Both the position numbers and the translations under genes were made by a program. A stretch of DNA of 64,000 nt from a virus. Lineage: Duplodnaviria; Caudoviricetes. The DNA lies in the IMG/VR virus record IMGVR_UViG_3300044898_000031, positions 12,529-76,528 of that record. The stretch is one strand, 5' to 3'. Positions within the stretch are counted from its first letter, which is position 1. Every line of letters starts with the position of its first letter. Positions 8,457 through 17,418 of this stretch are shown here, in pieces. The notes under the pieces were generated by a model. The model made no database searches, was not told where the DNA came from, and saw nothing but the letters and a program-made list of their open reading frames with translations.

Positions 8457-8838
8457 ATGAAAAAATTACTACTCCTGCCATCCCTGTTATTTGTTTTAAC
8501 AGCTTCGGCACAAACAGCACAATACAAACGTATTGAAACAACTCATTTTAAAGGGGATAAATTGTCTTCTAAAGTTATCAATTACAAATCTGGAAATATT
8601 TCGATGGGAGACAGTTTTATCAATATCGAAGGATTAAAGAGTTTTACAATTGTTTCTAAGGGTCAAACGGAGGCCGAGGATGAAGGATATTATTCACGGA
8701 CATTATTTGATCACTGAGACGACCAAAGGCTCGCTAAAGGCTTTAAAACCCGTTCTTTTTTGGTCGCCTAAAAATAAACTAGTAGATGTAGTGGTAAAGG
8801 ACGGCCACCGAAATATTGATTATTGTTTAACCAATTAA
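8457..8838 (+). pseudogene. Secreted beta-rich protein with a +1 frameshift
   Basis: Signal peptide MKKLLLLPSLLFVLTASA|Q; deleting one T at 8703/8704 joins ORFs 8457-8717 and 8650-8838 into one 126-aa ORF. Confidence 0.55.
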
Positions 8839-8847
8839 AAATAAACC

Positions 8848-9126
8848 ATGCATATATCTGACCCAACTATGCTAATTGTGGAGTTTATTAAAAAATTAAC
8901 AAATCTTACACCATACGAAAAAGATGATGGTGATAAATACACCTTGTTGTTAGGGTATTTCAATCCACTGGAAATAGGTTTTTACAGACATAAACACCCT
9001 AATATGAATGACGAAAATATGAAAATGTCTGCTCACCTCCGGTTATTGCATGAGGTGTCTGTATTTATTACCAATTGGGACGAGTGGTGCACATGGCTTG
9101 AAATGGAAGAATCTAACAATAATTAA
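8848..9126 (+). CDS. Hypothetical protein
   Basis: 92 aa ORF with A-rich leader. Confidence 0.55.
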   Translation: MHISDPTMLIVEFIKKLTNLTPYEKDDGDKYTLLLGYFNPLEIGFYRHKHPNMNDENMKMSAHLRLLHEVSVFITNWDEWCTWLEMEESNNN

Positions 9127-9135
9127 AGTAAAATT

Positions 9136-9234
9136 ATGAAAAACCCCTACGAAAATATGCCACCGGATCAGCACTATACACTGGTCATTATTATATTATT
9201 TATTATTTTAGGACTTTTAAGCAGTATGTTATGA
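9136..9234 (+). CDS. Single-pass membrane microprotein
   Basis: 32 aa ...YTLVIIILFIILGLLSSML; ATGA coupled to next gene. Confidence 0.5.
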   Translation: MKNPYENMPPDQHYTLVIIILFIILGLLSSML

Positions 9235-9644
9235 AAAACGAAATATATAAAGGCCAAATCTATGTAACTAAAAGCTCTTGTACATTCTGCCCAAGTATGA
9301 AACCATGGGAAATTATAGAACTATACGAAACAGAACCCAAAGAGTTTTATGATGCGGTCGAAATGGAGCGTAATGCAAAAGGAAACTTAAATACTATAAA
9401 GGGGCTTGGCCGGGACTTTTCTTGGTGGGATTTAATTGTAGCTTATAGGTATCTTAAATTTGTTCAAAGAGCCAATATTATTGGTCTTTATATTCCACTT
9501 AAAATTTCGAAATTAATGAATAAGGTAAATAATAGTAGACCTATTGATTATGAAAAATTATCAAGGGATAGAAATAATCCTACTCAACAAGTGTGCGATT
9601 TATTTAAACAAAATATAGAAATGCCATGCGACTGCATGAATTAA
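9231..9644 (+). CDS. C-terminal fragment of a PAPS-reductase-like protein
   Basis: 'KSSCTFCP...EFYDAVEMER' plus terminal 'CDC'; no N-terminal PP-loop. Confidence 0.45.
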   Translation: MKNEIYKGQIYVTKSSCTFCPSMKPWEIIELYETEPKEFYDAVEMERNAKGNLNTIKGLGRDFSWWDLIVAYRYLKFVQRANIIGLYIPLKISKLMNKVNNSRPIDYEKLSRDRNNPTQQVCDLFKQNIEMPCDCMN

Positions 9645-9826
9645 TAATTTAAACCATGAAAAAGAAATATATATTATCATACACTTTTCTAAATGTAGAC
9701 TGCATTTTAGAATTTACTAACCTGTTTGACTTTTCGGCTAAATTAGAATGGTGTCAGGAACAAGCCGAAATACTACAGCATACTATTGATTTTAGAACTG
9801 AGTAAAAATAAATTATTAAAAATTAT

Positions 9827-9856
9827 TTTGATATTAAAAAAATAACATTATATTTG
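9827..9856 (+). promoter_or_regulatory. Bacteroidota-type promoter (middle operon)
   Basis: TTTG (9827-9830)-N18-TATATTTG (9849-9856). Confidence 0.6.
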
Positions 9857-10007
9857 AGTTCTTAAATAAAGATTTAAATAGCAAAAACAAATCTACACAA
9901 TTAAAACAAGGGGAGGCAACATGAGAAAGTATTAAATTAAATCAAAATCAGATAAAAAACAAAGGCGATTCATTGAAGTCGCCTTTGGCGGTAGAAAACA
10001 TTTGATA

Positions 10008-10163
10008 ATGAGCAAAAGCGATATTAAATCATTCCCAGTTTATCTACCAATAGATAAATTTAATAAATTAGATGAACTGGCTAAAAAAAAGCGAATCCCA
10101 AGAACCCGATTAGTAGAGGCTGAAATAGATAAGCTTTTGGCACGAGAAGAGAAAAGTAAATAA
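10008..10163 (+). CDS. Ribbon-helix-helix DNA-binding protein
   Basis: 51 aa MSKSDIKSFPVYLPIDKFNKLDELAKKKRIPRTRLVEAEIDKLL. Confidence 0.7.
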   Translation: MSKSDIKSFPVYLPIDKFNKLDELAKKKRIPRTRLVEAEIDKLLAREEKSK

Positions 10164-10193
10164 CAAACAAATAAACCACAAAATTACCACACA

Positions 10194-10406
10194 ATGAAAA
10201 CTTTAACCAATCAGCCACTACTCAACGACCAATTGAGCAGGGTATTTAATCACGCCATTTTAGTTGGAGCAGGATTAAAAACAGAAGATGCTTTTAATAT
10301 AAGCTTTAACAGCCCCCTATCTCTTTGTTGTGGGATGCCATTAGATCGTGAGGGATCATACGAATTTTGTAGTTATTGCATGGAGTTTCATAATAGTGAA
10401 CTATAA
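10194..10406 (+). CDS. Small Zn-ribbon protein
   Basis: 'SLCCG...FCSYCMEFH' motif. Confidence 0.55.
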   Translation: MKTLTNQPLLNDQLSRVFNHAILVGAGLKTEDAFNISFNSPLSLCCGMPLDREGSYEFCSYCMEFHNSEL

Positions 10407-10615
10407 TGGAATACGGCGAAATAAATTGTCCTTTATGTGGATGGGAAGCGCCACCTTTTGAAGGAAAGTATTATACTGTAAATAAGAAAAAATATCCTGT
10501 ATTTTTAAATGAACATAAGTACTATAACGGTTCATTTGATATGCATGATTGGGACGAAAGGCATTGTTGCCCCAAATGTAAAAAAGAATTTGAATTTTCA
10601 AACGGATCGGTATAA
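10406..10615 (+). CDS. Small Zn-finger protein
   Basis: CPLCG...CCPKC. Confidence 0.6.
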   Translation: MEYGEINCPLCGWEAPPFEGKYYTVNKKKYPVFLNEHKYYNGSFDMHDWDERHCCPKCKKEFEFSNGSV

Positions 10616-10851
10616 TGATAACACAACAACAATACGATGAAGCTATCGACAAAAGGTTAACAGCCATCATAGATATTGAACAGCTAAAAGCAGAAATAGA
10701 AGTATTGGATGCAATAATAAACGAATTTGAGAAACAAGAAGAACCATTTTAACTAATGTACATGGGATGATTGTAGCTAAGAATTTAAAGCTAAAGTTGC
10801 AAAACAACATAATAATCCACAAGTAGAAGATAAAAAAAATAGGGAACTATT

Positions 10852-11034
10852 ATGAACCAGCTTGACAGGCACGTTTTTAACGCGTATCACCCAAAAAAGC
10901 AATGGCCTAACTGGAAGTATGTCATAGTAGAACAGTATGGCAAGGAAGTCTACAGGGCATCTTCCCCGGCTTTTTGCCATAAGTTTATAAAAGAAAATGC
11001 TCTTAAAAATGCAATAGTGAAATTCGTCAGATAA
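10852..11034 (+). CDS. Hypothetical protein
   Basis: 60 aa ORF. Confidence 0.5.
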   Translation: MNQLDRHVFNAYHPKKQWPNWKYVIVEQYGKEVYRASSPAFCHKFIKENALKNAIVKFVR

Positions 11035-11060
11035 AAAACCAAAATTAAAAAATCAAATAA

Positions 11061-11360
11061 ATGGAAACAGAAAAATTCAGCATTATCAGAACACATTCCG
11101 CAGGTGTATGGTTCGGCAACATTAAAAAATTAGATGGCAGTATAGCCATTGTTACCAATGCCAGAAGATTGTGGTATTGGTCAGGTGCAGCTTCTTTGAG
11201 CCAGTTAGCCGTTGAAGGCACAAAAAGGCCACGTGATTGCAAATTCACCGTAACTATAATAGACGAAGATGGCGTTTATCTGCCACAAGTTATCGAAGTA
11301 TTACCATGCACTAAAGAAGCTATTGAAAATATAAATTCAGTACCTGTATGGAAGATTTAA
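11061..11360 (+). CDS. DUF6948-like phage protein
   Basis: 'IIRTHSAGVWFG...NARRLWYWSGAASLSQLAVEG' signature. Confidence 0.7.
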   Translation: METEKFSIIRTHSAGVWFGNIKKLDGSIAIVTNARRLWYWSGAASLSQLAVEGTKRPRDCKFTVTIIDEDGVYLPQVIEVLPCTKEAIENINSVPVWKI

Positions 11361-12055
11361 TTAAAGCATTTATGGCAATAGAGCAGGTAAGCGATGGCTC
11401 TGGCGATGGCTATGGCTCTGGCGATGGCTCTGGCTCTGGCGATGGCTCTGGCGATGGCTCTGGCGATGGCTCTGGCGATGGCTCTGGCGATGGCTCTGGC
11501 GATGGCTCTGGCGATGGCTCTGGCGATGGCTCTGGCGAAATTAAACAAATCACTTATGCTGACTATAAAAAAGGCTTTTTAGATAAGCAGATACATTCAC
11601 TAAAGTCATTCAGCGGCAAACCTGTCTATTATATCGACAACATCCCTTGTACGTTTTTATCAATTGTGAATAACGTGGCTAAAGTATCTGTCATTAAAGA
11701 TGACTTCACTACCGAAAAGATGTACATCGCTAAGTCGGGTAATCTCTTTGCGCATGGCGATACAAAAGAACAGGCATTACAATCTGTAAATGATAAATAT
11801 TTTGCCTCACTATCTTTTGCTGAAAATAAAGCGGAATTTATTAAACTTTTCAAAAAAGAAGAAAAGTATAGCAATCAATTATTTTTTGAATGGCATTATC
11901 TTTTAACAGGAAGCTGTAAAAGTGGTCGGTTGATGTTTGTGAAAAGTCACGATATTGATCTGAATGGCAAGATGACCACTTTTGAGTTTTTAAATCTGAC
12001 CAAATCGGAATACAATGGTGAGATCATAAGGGAAATTATAAGTGGATTATCATGA
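11348..12055 (+). CDS. GSGDG-repeat phage protein with conserved C-terminal domain
   Basis: (GDGS)n tract, then 'FAHGDT...FEWHYLLTGSCKSGR' domain. Confidence 0.7.
   Translation: MEDLIKAFMAIEQVSDGSGDGYGSGDGSGSGDGSGDGSGDGSGDGSGDGSGDGSGDGSGDGSGEIKQITYADYKKGFLDKQIHSLKSFSGKPVYYIDNIPCTFLSIVNNVAKVSVIKDDFTTEKMYIAKSGNLFAHGDTKEQALQSVNDKYFASLSFAENKAEFIKLFKKEEKYSNQLFFEWHYLLTGSCKSGRLMFVKSHDIDLNGKMTTFEFLNLTKSEYNGEIIREIISGLS
11391..11537 (+). repeat. 12-bp tandem repeat GGCGATGGCTCT, about 12 units
   Basis: Directly visible; last ~8 units identical; variant 6-bp half-units near the start. Confidence 0.95.
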
Positions 12056-12360
12056 ACCTTGAAATAACTATAGTAAGCTTTAAACAGACATCCGAAAGCG
12101 AGGAGGAATTATATTTTTGCTCTGACAGGCGAATTGAATCAGGGGATTATTATCTAAATAACGCACTACAACCATTTATAAGAGTTCAGAGAGCATTTAA
12201 ACCGGTAAGTGGGGAAAGATGTAAAAAGTTAGAAGCCTCTACGTGTAGGGCTTATAATGTGCCCGAAATACCACTGTCATTTGTAAAGCAGTATTTTGCT
12301 TTGGAGAAAAAGGACAGGCCAGTGAAAACTTACTTTAGAATAGAAGAATTAACTAAATAA
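12052..12360 (+). CDS. Hypothetical protein
   Basis: 102 aa, ATGA coupled. Confidence 0.55.
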   Translation: MNLEITIVSFKQTSESEEELYFCSDRRIESGDYYLNNALQPFIRVQRAFKPVSGERCKKLEASTCRAYNVPEIPLSFVKQYFALEKKDRPVKTYFRIEELTK

Positions 12361-12372
12361 ATATAAACAAAA

Positions 12373-12927
12373 ATGAAAGATCAAGAAACGCTACGGAAAG
12401 AGCTATCTGCGCCGTTGCCTGCGGAGGCTGTAAAACCTCACCCCACTAAAACCTACCTATCGTCTATTAAGGCTATTTATGTTACCGAGCGGTTAAATAC
12501 TGTATTTGGTATCGGTAAATGGACACTAAAGGTAGACAAGATAGAGCGAGCCGAAGGGGGTACGGTGGTTGTAAAGGCTACTTTAGAAATCCCCGAATAC
12601 AGTATTTACCTTGAAAGCTACGGCGGGAACGATAATGGGGGGGAGAACAGCAAAAACTTCGACTTAGGGGATGCTTATAAGGGTGCCACGACCGATGCAA
12701 TCACAAAGATATGCTCATACCTTGAAATAGGAATAGATGTCTTTAAAGGGCTGAAAACACCACCTACGCCTAAAGCTGATAATCGGTTGCTATGGCTCAA
12801 GCCAAATACCGAGGCATGGACAAAAGCAATACCTTATCTTAAGGGTGGTGGAACAATTGCAGATATTAAAGAAAAATACAATTTAACCGAAGAAAACGAA
12901 AAAGAACTTTTAAAACAAGCGATATGA
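12373..12927 (+). CDS. Rad52/Rad22-like (Sak-type) single-strand annealing protein
   Basis: 'LSAPLP...YLSSIKAIYVTERLNTVFGIGKW...DAYKGATTDAITK' Rad52-family pattern. Confidence 0.8.
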   Translation: MKDQETLRKELSAPLPAEAVKPHPTKTYLSSIKAIYVTERLNTVFGIGKWTLKVDKIERAEGGTVVVKATLEIPEYSIYLESYGGNDNGGENSKNFDLGDAYKGATTDAITKICSYLEIGIDVFKGLKTPPTPKADNRLLWLKPNTEAWTKAIPYLKGGGTIADIKEKYNLTEENEKELLKQAI

Positions 12928-13193
12928 TTAATCTTGACATCTGTTTATCAGAAATCCCACAGGACGCAAGGCGTACAGGGAAAAACAATAAGGTCTACAC
13001 TAATATAGTAGTAGATAAAATGAAACAAGTTGACCAATACGGGAATACACATACCGTTTATATGGCGCAAACTAAAGAAGAAAGAGCCGCCAAAAAAGAT
13101 AAGGTGTATATCGGTAAGGCAAAGGAGTTTATTTTCGAGAATAACACTGTTTCAAACGGGAATTACCCTCCCGAAGATAATTTGCCATTTTGA
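12924..13193 (+). CDS. Putative phage single-stranded DNA-binding protein
   Basis: Beta-rich 89 aa next to the annealase; acidic tail ending 'EDNLPF'. Confidence 0.6.
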   Translation: MINLDICLSEIPQDARRTGKNNKVYTNIVVDKMKQVDQYGNTHTVYMAQTKEERAAKKDKVYIGKAKEFIFENNTVSNGNYPPEDNLPF

Positions 13194-13225
13194 TATTAAT
13201 ACTCAATTAATTAACTGATAACTCC

Positions 13226-13257
13226 AATAATCCCGGTTAAATAGCTGGGATTATTTT
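13226..13257 (+). terminator. Intergenic hairpin (terminator or processing site)
   Basis: AATAATCCCGG-loop-CTGGGATTATT then TT. Confidence 0.5.
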
Positions 13258-13271
13258 AAACACTTAAACCA

Positions 13272-13802
13272 ATGTCAGCATCAAAAAATGAATTTATGGC
13301 TCTAAGAGAACAGGAACAAAACGAAACTACCGGGACACAAACAGCGGTAATCTTAACTAAAAAAAGCATCCTACACATGAGTAAATCTACTATTGAGGAC
13401 TTGGCTAAAGCCGATGTTGCCTTAGTGGTTGACGGCCATGAAGATGTTGTAGAAGCAATGATATATGTTTCTAAAGGATTAGAATATTTTACCCTGCTTG
13501 ATAAAAACCTGCGCCCCTACCTGTATGAAAAGCAGTTAGAAAAGCAGTCGCTTTACAGCATGAAGGTTGAACCGGCACAATTAGGTACTAAGTATGATTA
13601 TTCAGTTTGTCAGGATCACATACTTGATGAACTGAATGCCAAACTTGAAGAAGCTAAAAAAGCGGTCACAGACAGGCAGAACTTTTTAAAGGCAATTAAT
13701 GTATCAGCTAACCTTGTCGACGATGACACAGGAGAGATATATAAGGTCTATGCCCCTAATAAAACCGCAACGAGTGGTTATAAATTATCTTGGGATAAAT
13801 AA
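13272..13802 (+). CDS. Hypothetical protein of the recombination cluster
   Basis: 176 aa; 'GTKYDYSVC...RQNFLKA...DDDTGEI' pattern. Confidence 0.65.
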   Translation: MSASKNEFMALREQEQNETTGTQTAVILTKKSILHMSKSTIEDLAKADVALVVDGHEDVVEAMIYVSKGLEYFTLLDKNLRPYLYEKQLEKQSLYSMKVEPAQLGTKYDYSVCQDHILDELNAKLEEAKKAVTDRQNFLKAINVSANLVDDDTGEIYKVYAPNKTATSGYKLSWDK

Positions 13803-13926
13803 ACGATACTGGTTAAGTAGTTCCATTCTAAAAACTACATAGTGATTAGGTTTAAGGTTTAGGAGAGTATCGGGGAGAGCAAGTCAATCCGGTACTTATT
13901 TAAAAACACTTTAAAAAAAACTGAAA

Positions 13927-15291
13927 ATGAAATACTTGAAAATTAAAAACGATGGCGAAATAGACATTAGACTGATATGTTTAATGGGTGCTAGTACTAA
14001 AACCGATGACCCTAAGAAAATTGGGCAATTTGGCACTGGATTAAAATATGCTATAAGCTATTTTCTTCGCAATGAGATAAAGTTCTCTCTGTTTGTAGGT
14101 AAAGAAAAAATTAATTTTAGTATTCAGGAAGAAAGTATTTCAGGAAAGGATTTTAAAGAGATTTATTGCAATGGCAAATCCATGAATATTACCACTCAAT
14201 ATGGCTATCAATGGGAGGCGTGGGAGGCTATACGTGAAATTTGGTGCAACGCTACAGATGAAGATAATGGTTTTCGCAAGGTAATTGACGATAGAAGTAA
14301 ATTAATGGGCGAACAGGGTAAAACTATTTTTTATATCGAAGTAACTCCTAAAATTGAAGAAGTGATAAATAAGTGGGAAGAATATTTTTTAAATGACAAT
14401 CCCATTTATGAAGATAAAGAAATTGCTATTTATTTAAATACAGGCAAGCATTTAAAACTTTATAAAAACAAAGTTCTTATTCAAAATAGTGAGTATTATA
14501 GTTCGCTATTTACCTACGACCTTAAATCAGCCAATTTAAACGAACTTCGCCAATATCAAGGGTATTTATCATCTGATATAGGGAAAGCATTGCTTGGGTC
14601 ATCTAAAGAGGTCGTATCGCTACTTTTAGAAGCTATACGCGATAAATCTAAAACGGATATGTATGAGGTTAAAATGGATTGGAGTTATCTTACCTACTCC
14701 ACTGCCAAAGTACGTGAAATATTTGCAGGTTGGTTATTTCTGCATCCATTATCTGCTCAAACAAAAAGTACCAAAGGGGTTATCGTAAATGAATCATTAT
14801 TTAATCTACTTAGAAAAATAGGGTTGCCTACGGAACGGATTAAAAAATCATCAGGTGGTTGTTATGGTGGTGGTGGATTTGGATATATTGACAATAATGA
14901 GGTTTCATACAAGGAGGTATTAAACCCTGATTTACAAAAAAGGATTGAGGTAATCGCAGTTAAATATGGGTCAGGAATGAAATATACAATTGCTATCCCA
15001 AAAACAGATGATTTTGAAGTATTGGTAAATAAATCACAAGTGATCTTTAATTCATCATTAGAAAATCTGTCAGATACCGACCTTGAAGCCACTGTCTTAA
15101 TAGGTATTTTCCATTCACAAGAATATAATATTTATAAAGGGTTTAAACGATTGATAAAATTCGTAATGGGGAACAGGAATTTCCGTAAAATTCTATTTGG
15201 CAGAAATATTAATGACAAGGTTAAGCCTACTTATCAACCGCCTTTGATAGGAGTTGAAAAAGAAGATACAGAAATAGAATTACCATTTTAG
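13927..15291 (+). CDS. GHKL-type ATPase, apparently circularly permuted
   Basis: G1-like 'KIKNDGE', lid 'GASTK..IGQFGTGLKYA', N-box 'REIWCNATDE' at aa 103-112, G3 'GKTIFYI'. Confidence 0.75.
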   Translation: MKYLKIKNDGEIDIRLICLMGASTKTDDPKKIGQFGTGLKYAISYFLRNEIKFSLFVGKEKINFSIQEESISGKDFKEIYCNGKSMNITTQYGYQWEAWEAIREIWCNATDEDNGFRKVIDDRSKLMGEQGKTIFYIEVTPKIEEVINKWEEYFLNDNPIYEDKEIAIYLNTGKHLKLYKNKVLIQNSEYYSSLFTYDLKSANLNELRQYQGYLSSDIGKALLGSSKEVVSLLLEAIRDKSKTDMYEVKMDWSYLTYSTAKVREIFAGWLFLHPLSAQTKSTKGVIVNESLFNLLRKIGLPTERIKKSSGGCYGGGGFGYIDNNEVSYKEVLNPDLQKRIEVIAVKYGSGMKYTIAIPKTDDFEVLVNKSQVIFNSSLENLSDTDLEATVLIGIFHSQEYNIYKGFKRLIKFVMGNRNFRKILFGRNINDKVKPTYQPPLIGVEKEDTEIELPF

Positions 15292-15462
15292 CATGGGAAC
15301 AAGAACTTCTGCCACATGGGTAACACATTATTATGATGCCCTGTTAGAAAGTAGCTTACCGGGTGACATATCTTATTTAAGGGCTTTAGCTAAAGGAGAA
15401 TGGAGGCCATCAGAAGCTAAACAACAGCAGATAAGAATTTACGAATCTAATATTAAAAAGAA

Positions 15463-15690
15463 ATGAAAAAGATAGAAATAACTGAAAATCAGAGACAGCA
15501 ATTTAATCTTATGAGAATGGCGTTAATTCAAATTCATAAGGACTACCAAACTCCAAGCCAATTAAGGCGCGATTGTAAGGGAGATTATGGTTTAGAGTTT
15601 GAAGAAACTATAGAAATGGCCTATGAGAATATACAGCATTTAGCTAAGTCAATGGTTAAAGGTGTTAAAGCAATAGAATTTAAACCATGA
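15463..15690 (+). CDS. Hypothetical protein
   Basis: 75 aa ORF, ATGA coupled to a small upstream ORF. Confidence 0.55.
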   Translation: MKKIEITENQRQQFNLMRMALIQIHKDYQTPSQLRRDCKGDYGLEFEETIEMAYENIQHLAKSMVKGVKAIEFKP

Positions 15691-15741
15691 ATCAATTTCA
15701 TTCTCTCCATCCGGGAGTTTTACCCTTAATAGTTCAATAGC

Positions 15742-16185
15742 ATGATACAACCTAAACTTAAGATTTGCGGTACGTGTGGGCGAAATTGCTACTTATGGGT
15801 GTCTTCTCCCCCTACATGTAAAGAATGCCACCAAAGGGCTAAAAGTATGCTTAAACAGACAACTGACGGTAAGGTAGCTAAACCCTTTAAAGTATACTCA
15901 ACTAAAGCTATAAAAGCAGTAAGTACAAGACAGATGAAACTCAATTACGCTTATAAAGTATTGCGTGACCAGTTTATGAAAACACGCCCTACCTGTCAGG
16001 CAGGATTAGGAGGATGCACTATTAAATCAACGGAATGTCACCATATACGGGGAAGGGGCGAATACCTTTTAAATGATAAATACTATTTAGCCCTTTGTAA
16101 TAACTGCCATCGGTGGATAAACGAACATAATGAGGCAGCTACAGCAATGGGGTTCTGCCAATCACGATTAAATAAAGTAATATGA
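15742..16185 (+). CDS. HNH nuclease with Zn fingers (NinG-like position)
   Basis: CxxC pairs and 'CHHIRGRG...LALCNNCHRWI'. Confidence 0.75.
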   Translation: MIQPKLKICGTCGRNCYLWVSSPPTCKECHQRAKSMLKQTTDGKVAKPFKVYSTKAIKAVSTRQMKLNYAYKVLRDQFMKTRPTCQAGLGGCTIKSTECHHIRGRGEYLLNDKYYLALCNNCHRWINEHNEAATAMGFCQSRLNKVI

Positions 16186-16487
16186 ACCATACAGAATTAG
16201 AAAAATTTATCCATGCCGAACTCCTTAAAGAAGGGTGGGAGCCAAATCAGTTTGGCGTTATATCCGCAGATTTTGAAGGTGGTAGCTGTAACCTTACTTA
16301 TGTTATTGCTGATATTATACGGGCTTGGGAATGGTTCGCAGAATATGTAAAAATAGCTAATGATCACTTCTCACAAATCCCAGAAGATTGGTTTGATATC
16401 GGCTATTGGGATTCCCATGAACAGGATTATTTAAATGGATATACGCCACAAGAGGCATTTTACCAAGACTTATATACTGACATTTAA
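16182..16487 (+). CDS. Acidic hypothetical protein
   Basis: 101 aa, ATGA coupled. Confidence 0.55.
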   Translation: MNHTELEKFIHAELLKEGWEPNQFGVISADFEGGSCNLTYVIADIIRAWEWFAEYVKIANDHFSQIPEDWFDIGYWDSHEQDYLNGYTPQEAFYQDLYTDI

Positions 16488-16498
16488 AAGTTAATCCC

Positions 16499-16964
16499 AT
16501 GAAAACTGAACAATCAAAAGCTGAAAGTGTGGAAGAAGCTGTAATAAGAGCGTCCTTTCCTAAACATGAAAGTTTCATACCATTTATCTTTAATGATAAA
16601 CCTGATAAGCCTTTAGGGTGGGATGAATCAATTGAATTTGCCCAAAGTAACTATTGCAGCCTTGACCCAAGAATAGATAACACTCCGCGTCAAATGCGTG
16701 AAAAAGCTATTTCTGCTTGGTCGTATCAGGCTGGTGCTAATTGGCAAAAAAAACAAGATAACTGGATAAGCGTAGGTGAAAGGCTACCAGATGAAGGGAC
16801 AAATCGTAGATGCATGGGTAGGACGCAATGCAAGAAGTCAATTTGTAAATGGCAGATTTGAAAGATATGTTGATATATCTGAACTCGACAGAGTAATATT
16901 TACCATAAACTATATTAATGTCACCCACTGGCAACCACTTCCAAAAGAACCTATAAATAGATAA
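16499..16964 (+). pseudogene. DUF551-domain protein with a +1 frameshift
   Basis: 'WISVGERLPDEG' in one frame and 'QIVDAW...VTHWQPLPKEP' in the next; one extra G in GGG at 16796-16798. Confidence 0.7.
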
Positions 16965-17224
16965 ACTATATTATAAAACCAAAATACAGAATAATCCAAT
17001 GTAGCAATTTAGATAAAACGTGGTTCGAGGTTGAAAAACATCATTGGTATGGGTGGATAGTAGAAAAAGTAACTAATTATATGGGCGCTTTTCTTTTACC
17101 AATATCTTGGGCTTTTGAATTTACTACCTATGAAAAAGCCAAGAAATATATTATAGGCGAACTGCCAAAAGAATATAAAAAAGAATTACCAACTGAGAGA
17201 CATATTTACGAAACATTTTAAATT

Positions 17225-17416
17225 ATGAAACCAAATTTACGTGCTATAGTCCCAGATGAAAAGGAAAAGCCACTGCACTTTAAAACAATGGCAGAGATCA
17301 TCGGAAGACCGGAACAGGAAACCAAAGAGTTTATTCAAAGGGTAAGACCAGAGGTGCCCGATGACCTGATAGACTTTACCAAAAAGAACTATATTCCTTT
17401 CTTTAAAAAGATATAA
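17225..17416 (+). CDS. Hypothetical protein
   Basis: 63 aa ORF. Confidence 0.5.
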   Translation: MKPNLRAIVPDEKEKPLHFKTMAEIIGRPEQETKEFIQRVRPEVPDDLIDFTKKNYIPFFKKI

Positions 17417-17418
17417 CT

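Noticed and set aside
8215-10195. Recurrent AACCA(C)AAAATTACC motif before several genes
   Set aside because: Consistent with ordinary A-rich Bacteroidota translation-initiation leaders rather than a distinct element.
11357-11582. ORFs (ARAI)n and (MALA)n, and the repeat as a possible CRISPR array
   Set aside because: Shadow frames of a stop-free 12-bp tandem repeat; there are no unique spacers and no cas genes.
16961-17221. 86-codon open frame lacking an upstream ATG
   Set aside because: Probably coding, but the start cannot be determined (ATA/ATT start, internal ATG at about 17081, or an indel), so it was not called.
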